A stretch of 64,000 nt of DNA. It comes from an uncultured Bacteroidales bacterium (GTDB taxonomy: Bacteria > Bacteroidota > Bacteroidia > Bacteroidales > VadinHA17). The position numbers were made by a program, and so were the translations under genes. Positions 8,860 through 17,888 of the stretch are shown here, one piece after another (position 1 is the stretch's first letter; each line of letters starts with the position of its first letter). The stretch spans positions 1,088,139-1,152,138 of the forward strand of contig CAWGJX010000004.1 of the NCBI GenBank assembly GCA_963823065.1. The letters run 5' to 3'. Under the pieces are notes generated by a model. It made no database searches. It saw only the letters and a program-made list of their open reading frames with translations, and was not told where the DNA came from.

Positions 8860-9819
8860 ATGTTTAATCATGCAGCAGCAATAGGGATCGATATCGGGCG
8901 TAATGAAATCAGAATCGCAGTGGTAAGGATCCACGGTGAAGTTGTTTCAGCAAAATCTTTTCCGTTGATTCAGGTTCAGACAAAGGATTATCTTATCTCA
9001 AGAATTTTTGAAGCTATCAGGGAAATACGACAGTCAGTAGCTTCTGAAGGTATTAACCCTATATGTATCGGTACGGCGGCAAAAGGATTTATTGATCATG
9101 TATCTGGCACTGTGATAGGGCCTGATCAGGGCATAAAAGGATGGGAAAATGTACCTCTTGCAAAGATTATCAATCAGGAAACCGGCTTGCCTGCTTATGT
9201 TGGTAACGATGCCAATATGATGACAATTGCTGAACACCGGTTTGGAGCAGCGAAAGGTTATAGCAACATAGTCTTCATTGCCCTTCGTACAGGTATCGGA
9301 GGAGGTATTATAATAGATGGAAAGTTATACCGTGGAATGAATAATGCTGGTGGTGAAGTAGGCCAGATGATAATAAATTTTGAGAACGAAACCAGTGATA
9401 AGGGGATCAGAGGGTCTTATGAACAATATGCTTCTGCGTCTGCAATCATGAAGAGATACCATGAAGAGACAGGAACCGGAAATCAGAAATCAAAAGTCGT
9501 AAGCTGCCGTGAAATATTTGAATTAAGCTATAAAAATGAACCTGTTGCGGTAAAGGTGGTAAAGGAAAACGCCGGACTGGTTGGAATAGGCTTAGCCAAC
9601 CTTATTACAATATTTGCACCAGAAATAATTGTTCTGGGTGGTGGTATGTCTGAAGCAAACGACAGTTACATATCAATGATAAAAGAAAGCGCATTTGCTA
9701 ATTCACTAGAAAATTGCCGCTCGGCAGTAAAAATTGAAAGAGCACACCTTGGATCGCGGGCATCACTGCTGGGAAGCGCATATTACGGCATGACGCGTTT
9801 AGCAGGGAAAAGCATTTAG
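8860..9819 (+). CDS. ROK-family sugar kinase-like protein lacking the canonical Zn-binding Cys motif
   Basis: 319-aa ORF with IGIDIGRNEIR, VGNDANM and GGEVGQM. The usual GH...CxCGxxGC region reads GQMIINFENETSDKGIRGSYEQYAS. Confidence 0.75.
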   Translation: MFNHAAAIGIDIGRNEIRIAVVRIHGEVVSAKSFPLIQVQTKDYLISRIFEAIREIRQSVASEGINPICIGTAAKGFIDHVSGTVIGPDQGIKGWENVPLAKIINQETGLPAYVGNDANMMTIAEHRFGAAKGYSNIVFIALRTGIGGGIIIDGKLYRGMNNAGGEVGQMIINFENETSDKGIRGSYEQYASASAIMKRYHEETGTGNQKSKVVSCREIFELSYKNEPVAVKVVKENAGLVGIGLANLITIFAPEIIVLGGGMSEANDSYISMIKESAFANSLENCRSAVKIERAHLGSRASLLGSAYYGMTRLAGKSI

Positions 9820-10018
9820 TTTTAATTATCCTTAAAAGCAATTGACTTCGTATTTTGTTTCCCCGAAACAATTATCCAAATCCTTATTAGTGATCATTCC
9901 TGGTAATATTATCATTTCTGTTAATTTGAGATAACTTTTTCACCAACTCATTTGTTCCTATTAAAATTACTGATGCGTAAAAACCAGGTTTCATAATAAC
10001 AAAAACCAGAAAAAGTTT

Positions 10019-11086
10019 ATGAAAATAGCACAGGTGTCACCATTATACGAAAGCGTTCCGCCAAAGCTTTATGGAGGAGTTGAGAGATTTGTACACAATA
10101 TTACAGAAGAACTCATCTCACGCGGTCATGAAGTGACTTTATTTGCCAGTGGCGATTCGGTTACAAATGCAAAACTCGTCCCTGTATGTAACAATGCCTT
10201 AAGATTAGATGCTGATTTTGTTGATCCTATTGTTCACCATATCACTTTAATGGAAATGGTTGAAAAAGAAGCCCATAATTTTGATATTATTCATTCACAT
10301 ATTGACTATTTATACTTCCCTATCATGAAGAGAAGCGAAAATACCTATCTGACCACTCTTCATGGAAGACTTGATATGCCGGAAATGGTACCGCTTTTCA
10401 GAGAATACAGGGATATTCCGCTTGTTTCAATATCAAATTCGCAAAGAAAACCATTCCCTTATTTAAACTGGATGGGAACTGTTTATCATGGACTTCCTCT
10501 GGATCTTTATCATTTTAACAGAAAAGGAGGCGACTATTTAGTTTTTATCGGTAACGTTTCACCTGAAAAAAGAATCGACAGGGCAATAGAAATTGCAATA
10601 AAAGCCGGGATTAAAATTCGGATTGCTGCGAAGATTGACAAAGTCCATAATGATTATTTTGAATTGAAAATAAGGAAATTGCTTGAACATCCACTTGTTG
10701 ATTTTATAGGTGAAGTGGGAGAGAAGGAAAAAGAGGAACTGTTGGGTAACGCCTTAGGGTTTGTTTATCCTATTGATTGGCCTGAACCCTTTGGCATAGG
10801 AATGATTGAAGCAATGGCTTGTGGTACTCCTGTGTTAGCGTACAACTGCGGAAGCGTACCTGAGGTTATCGATGAAGAAATTACAGGTTTTGGTGTAAAT
10901 TCCATTAGTGAAGCCGTGGCAGCTGTATCAAAATTATCAGGCATTGACAGGAAAAAATGCAGGGACGTCTTTGAAAAGAAATTTTCGATTCAGCGAATGG
11001 CAGATGATTATTTAAGTATATACGAATCAATGATATACGAGGGTGATTACAAAAAAAATACAGTCAGCGATTCATTAAACGCCTGA
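10019..11086 (+). CDS. glycosyltransferase family 4 (GT-B, retaining)
   Basis: 355-aa ORF with GGVERFVHNITEEL near the N-terminus and the E-x7-E region EPFGIGMIEAMACGTPV. Confidence 0.85.
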   Translation: MKIAQVSPLYESVPPKLYGGVERFVHNITEELISRGHEVTLFASGDSVTNAKLVPVCNNALRLDADFVDPIVHHITLMEMVEKEAHNFDIIHSHIDYLYFPIMKRSENTYLTTLHGRLDMPEMVPLFREYRDIPLVSISNSQRKPFPYLNWMGTVYHGLPLDLYHFNRKGGDYLVFIGNVSPEKRIDRAIEIAIKAGIKIRIAAKIDKVHNDYFELKIRKLLEHPLVDFIGEVGEKEKEELLGNALGFVYPIDWPEPFGIGMIEAMACGTPVLAYNCGSVPEVIDEEITGFGVNSISEAVAAVSKLSGIDRKKCRDVFEKKFSIQRMADDYLSIYESMIYEGDYKKNTVSDSLNA

Positions 11087-11139
11087 CGATAATCGAAGAA
11101 CAACTGCCTGTCTGTTACCTGGGTGGCAATCTATGACAC

Positions 11140-11319
11140 TCAAAGTTCAACAATAATCGATACCAGTTCCTGCCAGGACTTTCCGAGCTTGTTCCCAAGC
11201 AATTCAATCATCTCCTTTTCTTTTCCTTCAGGATATGTGACATCTTCGTCGGTAATACCTGGGTATCTCAGTTTAAGTTTTTTCTTCACGTCCCAGTATC
11301 CTATGGTCTTAGGTTCCAT
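11140..11319 (-). CDS. CsbD-like general stress mini-protein (59 aa, below the ORF-track size cutoff)
   Basis: My translation is MEPKTIGYWDVKKKLKLRYPGITDEDVTYPEGKEKEMIELLGNKLGKSWQELVSIIVEL. It fits the W..vKgkLK..y..lTDdDl...eGk.e.l.g.L..klGks.eel pattern of short CsbD-type proteins. The overlapping plus-strand ORF 11123..11374 is compositionally implausible. Confidence 0.55.
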   Translation of the reverse strand: MEPKTIGYWDVKKKLKLRYPGITDEDVTYPEGKEKEMIELLGNKLGKSWQELVSIIVEL

Positions 11320-11609
11320 GACATTAAATTTTTACCGGTTAAATAGAAAACCGTTCCTGAATAAATACAATTGAAGATCCGGTTTGTTCATTCGGATTGA
11401 ATAAAATTCAGGTATAAAAGTTTCCTTACAGATACTTTCTCTGAATGGATTAATATGACAGTTTCGTAAAACAGTTATTTTCTAAAGAGGAAAAGAAATC
11501 TCATAATTAGAAGTATAGAAAAGAAGTCAGATTTGACTTGAGTTTAAATATTTAATAAATTTACTATAGGTATTAAAATTATTTCTTGCTTTATCTAATT
11601 CGTTTAAAT

Positions 11610-12050
11610 ATGAAAATACTCGATTATTTACTCATGAAAAGTCCTGACTCGGAGATTATCAGGGAGACGGAACCAATACCTGCCCGCCGGATACTCTTAT
11701 CTTTGGCAGGGCTGATATTTGGTATTTTTTTTAGTTTCTTAATTGCGGGTATCGGCGGAATTAAGGCTTCCCCATCGCAAAAAGCAGGTTCAGAGATCAG
11801 TAAAAATCAGGAAGTGACGCAACCCGGTATTGAGACATCCTCTAAAGTTAAAATTACATTTCCTGAAACAAAAGAGTTGTTAGGCATCGGGCTTATAACT
11901 TTTGTTATTTGTATGATTACATATCAGGGACTCTATTCCAGTTTGAAATTATACCAAAATGAACCAGCGTTTTTAGTGCTCTTTATTTCGTTTCAATACG
12001 GATTTTTCTGGCAATCTCTGGTCAAAGGAGGAGCGGCTTTGTTCAGTTAA
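11610..12050 (+). CDS. hypothetical membrane protein
   Basis: ORF 11586..12050 with the first ATG at 11610. Several hydrophobic segments (ILLSLAGLIFGIFFSFLIAGIGG, LLGIGLITFVICMITY). No recognisable family. Confidence 0.5.
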   Translation: MKILDYLLMKSPDSEIIRETEPIPARRILLSLAGLIFGIFFSFLIAGIGGIKASPSQKAGSEISKNQEVTQPGIETSSKVKITFPETKELLGIGLITFVICMITYQGLYSSLKLYQNEPAFLVLFISFQYGFFWQSLVKGGAALFS

Positions 12051-12054
12051 CAAG

Positions 12055-12106
12055 AACACCATGTGACTGCTTCACTGATTAAATCATTAAGCAGAGACAT
12101 GGTGTT
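12055..12106. terminator. long hairpin between convergent genes (candidate bidirectional terminator)
   Basis: aacaccatgt (12055-12064) pairs with acatggtgtt (12097-12106). Inner pairs are ctgctt/aagcag and tgatt/aatca. It lies between the ends of 11610..12050 (+) and htrA (-). Confidence 0.55.
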
Positions 12107-12142
12107 ACAGACTAATCCTTAAAAGTTGAAAAAAATTATATA

Positions 12143-13591
12143 TTAATTTTTGAATTGAAAACTGAAATGTGTTCCGTCCGGCTGGATCCCGTCGATTGAT
12201 GACAGCAATTCGCCATCGGAGGTAGCTTCCCTTATTTCTGAAGCATTATTTACGGCTTTGCCGTTTATTGCTGAAATTATTGTTCCGCTTTTAATTCCCA
12301 TATCTTTTAGTTTTCCATCGCCAACACTTGCGACTTTTGTTCCGGAATCGACCGAGTATTTTTGCTTCTCTTTAGAGGTGAGAGGTATCAGTTTAGATCC
12401 AAAAACTGATTCTCCTGTACTTTCCAAAACAACAGCTGTAGTGCCATCAACATTCCGGAGTTCGACTGATGCCGTTTCCTCTTTGCCGTTTCTGAAATAA
12501 GTCACTTGAATTTTATCGCCCGGATGGTGCTCTCCTACAGTTTCCTGAAGATCGGCCGGGGACTGAATGTTTTTCCCGTTTATTTTTACTATTACATCTT
12601 TTGATTTTATTCCGGCCTGATCAGCAGCACCGCCTTCAGCCACTGATGCTATATAAACACCGCTAACATTGTCAAGTTTTTCTTTCTGTGCAATTTCTGA
12701 AGTAACTTCCTGGATATTTATTCCCATTATTGCCCTTTGTGCCCTTCCATATACTTTTAGATCATCAACAGTTTTTTTGACAATATTTACAGGGATGGCG
12801 AAGGAATTGCCGGAGTAAGTTCCTGTTGGAGAAACAATTGCTGATGTGATTCCAACGAGTTCTCCTTTAGTGTTAACCAAAGCTCCTCCGCTGTTCCCCA
12901 TATTAAGAGCAGCATCTGTCTGAATGAAAGATTCAAGCTTATAACCTCCATCCATGTCAAGACTCCTTCCTTTTGCACTTACAATCCCTGCCGTAACAGT
13001 TGAAGTAAGATTAAAAGGATTACCTACTGCAAGTACCCATTCGCCAAGTTTCAGGTTATCCGAATCACCAAATTTTATTGTCGGCAGGTCCTTAGCTTTA
13101 ATTTTGATTAAGGCAATATCTGTATCAGGATCCCTTCCAACTATTGCGGCGGTATATGTTTTGTTGTTATAAAGAGTCACTTGAATAGAATCCGCTCCAT
13201 CAATTACGTGATTATTTGTGACTATATAGCCATCCGGTGAGATTATTACTCCTGATCCAAAACCTGTGACTTTTCTTGGCTCTTGTCTCATATTGTTGCC
13301 ACCAAAGAACTGCATGAAGGGATTGTCAGATTGATCATCTGTAACAGTTGTTCTGACCCTGACATGTACGACTGCCTGAACAGTTTTTTCAGCAGCATAA
13401 GTGAGGTCGACAGGCCCATCATTGGATTGCATCGATGTTAAAACAACTGGTGCAGATCTCTCAGTCTGGTTGTGTCTCTGGTCAGTAACCGATTGGTTTG
13501 CATTGGCATCTGTGTGCGAGTACACAAATATTGTACTTGAAACACCTAGGATTGCTGCCAGAAACGCAGTTAAAAATAGTTTTGTTTTCAT
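12143..13591 (-). CDS. htrA: HtrA/DegP/DegQ-family periplasmic serine endoprotease with two PDZ domains
   Basis: 482-aa ORF with an N-terminal signal sequence. Catalytic triad contexts are TNNHVI, DIALIKI and GNSGGALVN, followed by about 190 aa of PDZ-like sequence. Confidence 0.92.
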   Translation of the reverse strand: MKTKLFLTAFLAAILGVSSTIFVYSHTDANANQSVTDQRHNQTERSAPVVLTSMQSNDGPVDLTYAAEKTVQAVVHVRVRTTVTDDQSDNPFMQFFGGNNMRQEPRKVTGFGSGVIISPDGYIVTNNHVIDGADSIQVTLYNNKTYTAAIVGRDPDTDIALIKIKAKDLPTIKFGDSDNLKLGEWVLAVGNPFNLTSTVTAGIVSAKGRSLDMDGGYKLESFIQTDAALNMGNSGGALVNTKGELVGITSAIVSPTGTYSGNSFAIPVNIVKKTVDDLKVYGRAQRAIMGINIQEVTSEIAQKEKLDNVSGVYIASVAEGGAADQAGIKSKDVIVKINGKNIQSPADLQETVGEHHPGDKIQVTYFRNGKEETASVELRNVDGTTAVVLESTGESVFGSKLIPLTSKEKQKYSVDSGTKVASVGDGKLKDMGIKSGTIISAINGKAVNNASEIREATSDGELLSSIDGIQPDGTHFSFQFKN

Positions 13592-13639
13592 AATATGGTT
13601 TTTTAATTAATTCGTATTTTATTTACAAAAGGATAGACA

Positions 13640-13680
13640 CAAATTGAATGCCAATTATTCCTAATTAACAATAGATTAAC
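13640..13680 (-). promoter_or_regulatory. candidate htrA promoter block: GTTAAT-N5-GTTAAT direct repeat, 10 nt, then TGGCATTCAATTTG
   Basis: The reverse complement reads GTTAATCTATTGTTAAT aggaataatt TGGCATTCAATTTG and ends 48 nt upstream of the htrA ATG. It is near-identical to the block at 14647-14687 in the same gene-relative orientation. Confidence 0.6.
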
Positions 13681-13855
13681 TAATTGATTAAAGAATCTTA
13701 ACATATCGGAAATTAAGACTTCTTACAGTTTCTTTTGCTCTATTATAAATGAATAGTGATTAATCACATCACTCATTACCTGATGACTGGCTGCCGTTGT
13801 GAACCTTTCAGAACAGATGGAGGCTATAAAAGGGATGGTATTCCCGGAATCAATA

Positions 13856-14443
13856 TTATCCTATAATTAATTCTCCTGTCAGTTTTTCGATTTTGGCAGG
13901 AATATTCCAGAAAAAAAGCTGATTTATTATTGCGTTTTGCTCTTTTTCTGTAACGCCAATATTCAGAACTGTGCCGTTAAAATATTTCGCAATAAAATTG
14001 TCACTTCCCTGGTTAGCATTATAAATAACACTCTCTATCACATCGACTTTTATGAACTTCTGCATGACAATATCCTTCTCTTCAATTTTTAAAGTCCTGT
14101 GATGCCTTAATGTACTTTTCATAAAATTGATATATTTTTCCTTATCAAAGCCCTTTGATTTGTGCAAATACAGGTACAGGTTATTATTTTCAATTATTGC
14201 ACGTCCTTTATAATATGGAGATTTTATATCCAGGGCAATATAGTAACTGTTAGAATCAAAGTCATTTAAAATTTTATTATAAAATGACGAATTAGGGTTG
14301 GTGCATGATATAAATGGATTTTTCAAGATCAGAAAGAGTATGAAAATCAATCCCGGGATTCTGTAAGATTTTCGACTCCATGATTTTACAGTGTTGATTC
14401 TGCTTTTAAGGAGCTGTTCGGCTATTCTTGGGTTCATAAGCAT
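13856..14443 (-). CDS. hypothetical protein (signal-anchor or lipoprotein-like N-terminus)
   Basis: 195-aa ORF with hydrophobic N-terminal IPGLIFILFLILKNPFISC. No recognisable family. Confidence 0.55.
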   Translation of the reverse strand: MLMNPRIAEQLLKSRINTVKSWSRKSYRIPGLIFILFLILKNPFISCTNPNSSFYNKILNDFDSNSYYIALDIKSPYYKGRAIIENNNLYLYLHKSKGFDKEKYINFMKSTLRHHRTLKIEEKDIVMQKFIKVDVIESVIYNANQGSDNFIAKYFNGTVLNIGVTEKEQNAIINQLFFWNIPAKIEKLTGELIIG

Positions 14444-14646
14444 AAAATGTTGTATTTAATTAATTCATTTTTATGTACTAATTATTTTTCAGGATATTGT
14501 CTGTTATAAAACAATCTATTCTTCAGTTTTCCTTTTAAAGAAGCATATTTTTAAAAGTTATTTCCTGTATATATGTCAATTTCTTCGGATCTGCAAGTTA
14601 TATCTCTTTTCTTAAAGGCAGAACGTTAAGAGTCTCTTAAACATAA

Positions 14647-14687
14647 GTTAATCTATTGTTAATGACCTATATCTGGCATTTATTTTG
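14647..14687 (+). promoter_or_regulatory. candidate promoter block: GTTAAT-N5-GTTAAT direct repeat, 10 nt, then TGGCATTTATTTTG
   Basis: GTTAATCTATTGTTAAT (17/17 identical to the htrA copy), a 10-nt spacer, then TGGCATTTATTTTG (12/14 identical). It ends 35 nt upstream of the ATG at 14723. Confidence 0.6.
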
Positions 14688-14722
14688 ATGTATTTAACTA
14701 CACAATCATAAAATTTATTACT

Positions 14723-15586
14723 ATGAAAACAAAGACGTTAACATTGGCAGGATCAGCAATCATTGCGATTCTGTTAATCACTACTGGTATTGCGCTAATC
14801 TCAAATTCAAGAAATAAGCGCAATTTTAATAATGAAAAGCTCCAAAATGAAACTCTTTCGTCCCAAAAACTTCAGGGTTCACAAGAACTTGCCAAGTCAA
14901 AAAGTGATCTGGAAGCTATAACATCTAAAGAGGACGTAGCAAACAAAGCATTAGCCAAAGCTGAATCTTCAATTGCAGAAAAGGAACGGAGAATTGCTTA
15001 TATGTCAAAGGAAAATGCTTCCCTTATGAAAGACAAGAGTGAGCTGGCACAATTACAAAAGTCAAAAAAGGATCTCGATATAGCCTACAGTGATTTAAAA
15101 ATGGAACACCAGGCGGCATTGTCACAGATCAAAAACCTGGAGAATTCTGCTCTTATAGCTGATGCAGACAAGAGAGAACTTGTAAGTAAATTGGAAAGTT
15201 CCAGGAAAAACAGAATTGATAACATTGAGATCTTTGGTTCAAGAGGTAATAAAAATGATAACCTTACTTACAAAGCACGAAGGATAAAAGACCTGAATCT
15301 AAATTTCGATTCACCTCTGGGTAAAAATGATAATTTATCCTATAAGATAATAACACCATCCGGGACAATTATAAGTCCGGAAGATAAATTATCATCATGG
15401 CTTGTTGTTGACCATAGTCCACAGAAAATGACTGCAAGTTTGTCATCTGCGTCAGGGGATCCTGAAAACTTGAGACAGATAGTATTGAAAGATAAAGACA
15501 GGGACAAACTTAAGTCAGGAGAGTATACGATCCAGATATTTAGTAATGATAAGAACATTGGTAGCTACAGGTTAAAACTGAGGTAG
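14723..15586 (+). CDS. membrane-anchored coiled-coil protein of unknown function
   Basis: 287-aa ORF with N-terminal TM segment AGSAIIAILLITTGIALI. About 130 aa is K/E/L/S-rich heptad-like sequence, followed by a C-terminal beta-rich region. Confidence 0.65.
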   Translation: MKTKTLTLAGSAIIAILLITTGIALISNSRNKRNFNNEKLQNETLSSQKLQGSQELAKSKSDLEAITSKEDVANKALAKAESSIAEKERRIAYMSKENASLMKDKSELAQLQKSKKDLDIAYSDLKMEHQAALSQIKNLENSALIADADKRELVSKLESSRKNRIDNIEIFGSRGNKNDNLTYKARRIKDLNLNFDSPLGKNDNLSYKIITPSGTIISPEDKLSSWLVVDHSPQKMTASLSSASGDPENLRQIVLKDKDRDKLKSGEYTIQIFSNDKNIGSYRLKLR

Positions 15587-15612
15587 TTTTAATACATTAT
15601 AATCATTACTGT

Positions 15613-15661
15613 GCATAGATTTTAAGGATAAATCAAAATCCTTTCATCTATGCTTTTTTTT
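15613..15661 (+). terminator. rho-independent terminator
   Basis: Stem gcatagat...aaggat / atcctt...atctatgc (15613-15653) followed by eight T residues (15654-15661), 27 nt after the stop at 15586. Confidence 0.8.
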
Positions 15662-15865
15662 GTTAATATATTTAAGTGTCTGACTCAGGGCAGGTGATTG
15701 ATCCTGAAATTAATTTATAAGGTTAATTATACATTGCTTTAAGGCAATCCATTACCAGATAATGCATTCAAAAAACTTATGATGGTTGAACATATTGAAT
15801 TTAACTTTGTAAGTTTACATAGCTATTCTTGGTTTTGTTGTGCGATAACCTGAAAAATTGTTAAT

Positions 15866-16633
15866 ATGAAAAACAATATATCTAAAATAGTATACTTGGT
15901 TGGATTCATTTTAACTGTATCATTTCGTACATCCTACTCCCAGGTTCTAACCGCAAGGGAGATTGTAAAAAAAGCCGATGATAAGGGAAGAGGTCAAACC
16001 AGTCAGGGTGTTATGACTCTGACAATTATTCGTCCTGACTGGACCAGAAGTATCACCATGAAATCATGGTCAAAGGGAACTGAATACTCATTGATATACA
16101 TTACTGCTCCCGCAAAAGAAAAAGGACAGGTGTTTCTTAAGCGACAGAACGATATGTGGAACTGGGTGCCATCAATTGAACGAATTATAAAAATTCCACC
16201 ATCTATGATGATGCAATCATGGATGGGATCTGATTTTACAAATGATGATCTGGTAAAAGAATCATCTATTGTAGTTGATTACACGCAGAAGTTATTAGGG
16301 AAAGAAAAAATCAGGGATCAGGAATGTTATAAGATAGAACTGATTCCATTGCCCGATGCCGCAGTGACATGGGGCAAAGTAATTACCTGGATAACAGTTG
16401 ATGGATTTAATCAATGGAAAGCCGAGTACTATGATGAAGATTCCTCCCTTGTTAATGTTATGAATGCATATGATATAAAGAAGTTGGGGGATCGTGAAAT
16501 CCCCTCAAGATTGGAGATAACCCCGGTAAATAAAAATGGTGATAAAACGGTACTGGAAATGAACAGGATGGTTTTTAATAAACCTATTTCAGATAATTTT
16601 TTTTCACAGCAGAATATGAAGTCAGTCAAATAA
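15866..16633 (+). CDS. LolA-like outer-membrane lipoprotein-sorting family protein
   Basis: 255-aa ORF with a signal peptide. It has the pattern typical of LolA-fold proteins encoded upstream of paired FtsX permeases (GQTSQGVMTLTIIRPDWTRS, WMGSDFTNDDL). Confidence 0.7.
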   Translation: MKNNISKIVYLVGFILTVSFRTSYSQVLTAREIVKKADDKGRGQTSQGVMTLTIIRPDWTRSITMKSWSKGTEYSLIYITAPAKEKGQVFLKRQNDMWNWVPSIERIIKIPPSMMMQSWMGSDFTNDDLVKESSIVVDYTQKLLGKEKIRDQECYKIELIPLPDAAVTWGKVITWITVDGFNQWKAEYYDEDSSLVNVMNAYDIKKLGDREIPSRLEITPVNKNGDKTVLEMNRMVFNKPISDNFFSQQNMKSVK

Positions 16634-16650
16634 TTAATTCATTAGTCTTT

Positions 16651-17871
16651 ATGAACGACTATCTCAAATTTGCATGGCGTAATTTATGGCGTAACAAACG
16701 GAGGACCCTGATTACAACAGCATCGATTTTTTTTGGAGTGATATTATCAACTGTTATGAGTTCTATGCAGGAAGGCTCATATGCGATGTATATCAAGACT
16801 ATCGTGAATTTCTATTCAGGTTATATACAGGTTCATAGCAAAGGATACTGGAAAGATAAAGTAATCAATAACTCTTTGGAGTATTCTGCTGTTAAATCAA
16901 AATTATCGATGGTAAAAGGGATTACAGCAATTACACCACGATTGGAAAACTATGCATTGGCTTCTTCTGATGAAATTACAAAAGGTGTAATGGTAATAGG
17001 TATAGAACCAAAGGAAGAGGATGATATCACAAATCTGTCGAAGAAGATAATCAACGGTAACTTTCTCAATCACGGGGGATAATGGTGTTGTATTGGGCAG
17101 CACCCTGGCCAGATACATGAAACTTGAGAGTAAACGATACACTTGTTTTATTAAGCCAGGGATACCATGGAGTCGGAGCTGCAGGAAAATACCCTGTAAA
17201 AGGCATAATTAAACAGCCTTCTCCTGAGCTCGACAGAACTGTTGTTTATATGAATCTGACCAATTGCCAGGAACTGTTTTCTGCACCGGACAGGCTTACT
17301 TCAATAGTAATCATGGTTAAAAACAATAATGTGTTACCAGCTATCAAAAATGAGCTTATTTCAAAACTGGGAAACAGTTATGAGGTTATGGACTGGAAGG
17401 AGATTAAACAGCATTCTTTTGAAACAGATTGATAGCGATCGTGCATCGGGAATGATAATAAAGGGAATACTTTATATGATCATTGCTTTTGGAATATTCG
17501 GAACAGTACTCATGATGATGCTTGAACGAAGAAAAGAATTCGGTGTAATAGTGGCAATTGGAATGCAGAAATACAAACTGGGTTATATTCTGGTTCTTGA
17601 AACTATATTATTGGGGTTGACTGGCGTTATAGCTGGTATTGCGGTAAGTATTCCAATTACCTGGTATTTCACTTTTCATCCTATTCCATTCACCGGACAG
17701 GCGGCAGAAACAATGCTTCAGATGGGATTTGAACCTGTAATGTCTTTTTCAATGACACCTTCGGTGTATTATAATCAGGGTATCACGATATTTATTTTCA
17801 CATTGATAATAAGTCTTTATCCTGTTTTCAATATCAACCGACTTAAAATCAGTAAAGCATTACATAGTTAA
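16651..17871 (+). pseudogene. ABC transporter permease, FtsX/MacB-type (copy 1), split over three frames
   Basis: ORFs 16651..17082, 17124..17432 and 17329..17871 occupy frames 1, 0 and 1. N-terminal FAWRNLWRNKRRT and the C-terminal FtsX four-helix region are present. Total of 1221 nt fits about 406 aa. Confidence 0.8.
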
Positions 17872-17888
17872 TCTAAAAATTATTAGCA

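Noticed and set aside
11123-11374. Plus-strand 83-aa ORF from the track
   Set aside because: The translation is low-complexity and Ser/Phe/Ile-rich with no recognisable features. The opposite strand encodes a well-formed CsbD-like protein, so this is a shadow ORF.
13640-14687. TGGCAT-N5-TTG(T/A) in the shared promoter block as a sigma-54 (-24/-12) promoter
   Set aside because: GG-N10 is followed by GT or GA rather than the conserved GC, and the activator-like direct repeat lies immediately adjacent rather than at a remote UAS. A -33/-7 housekeeping or ECF-type promoter fits at least as well. This is left as an open alternative, not a call.
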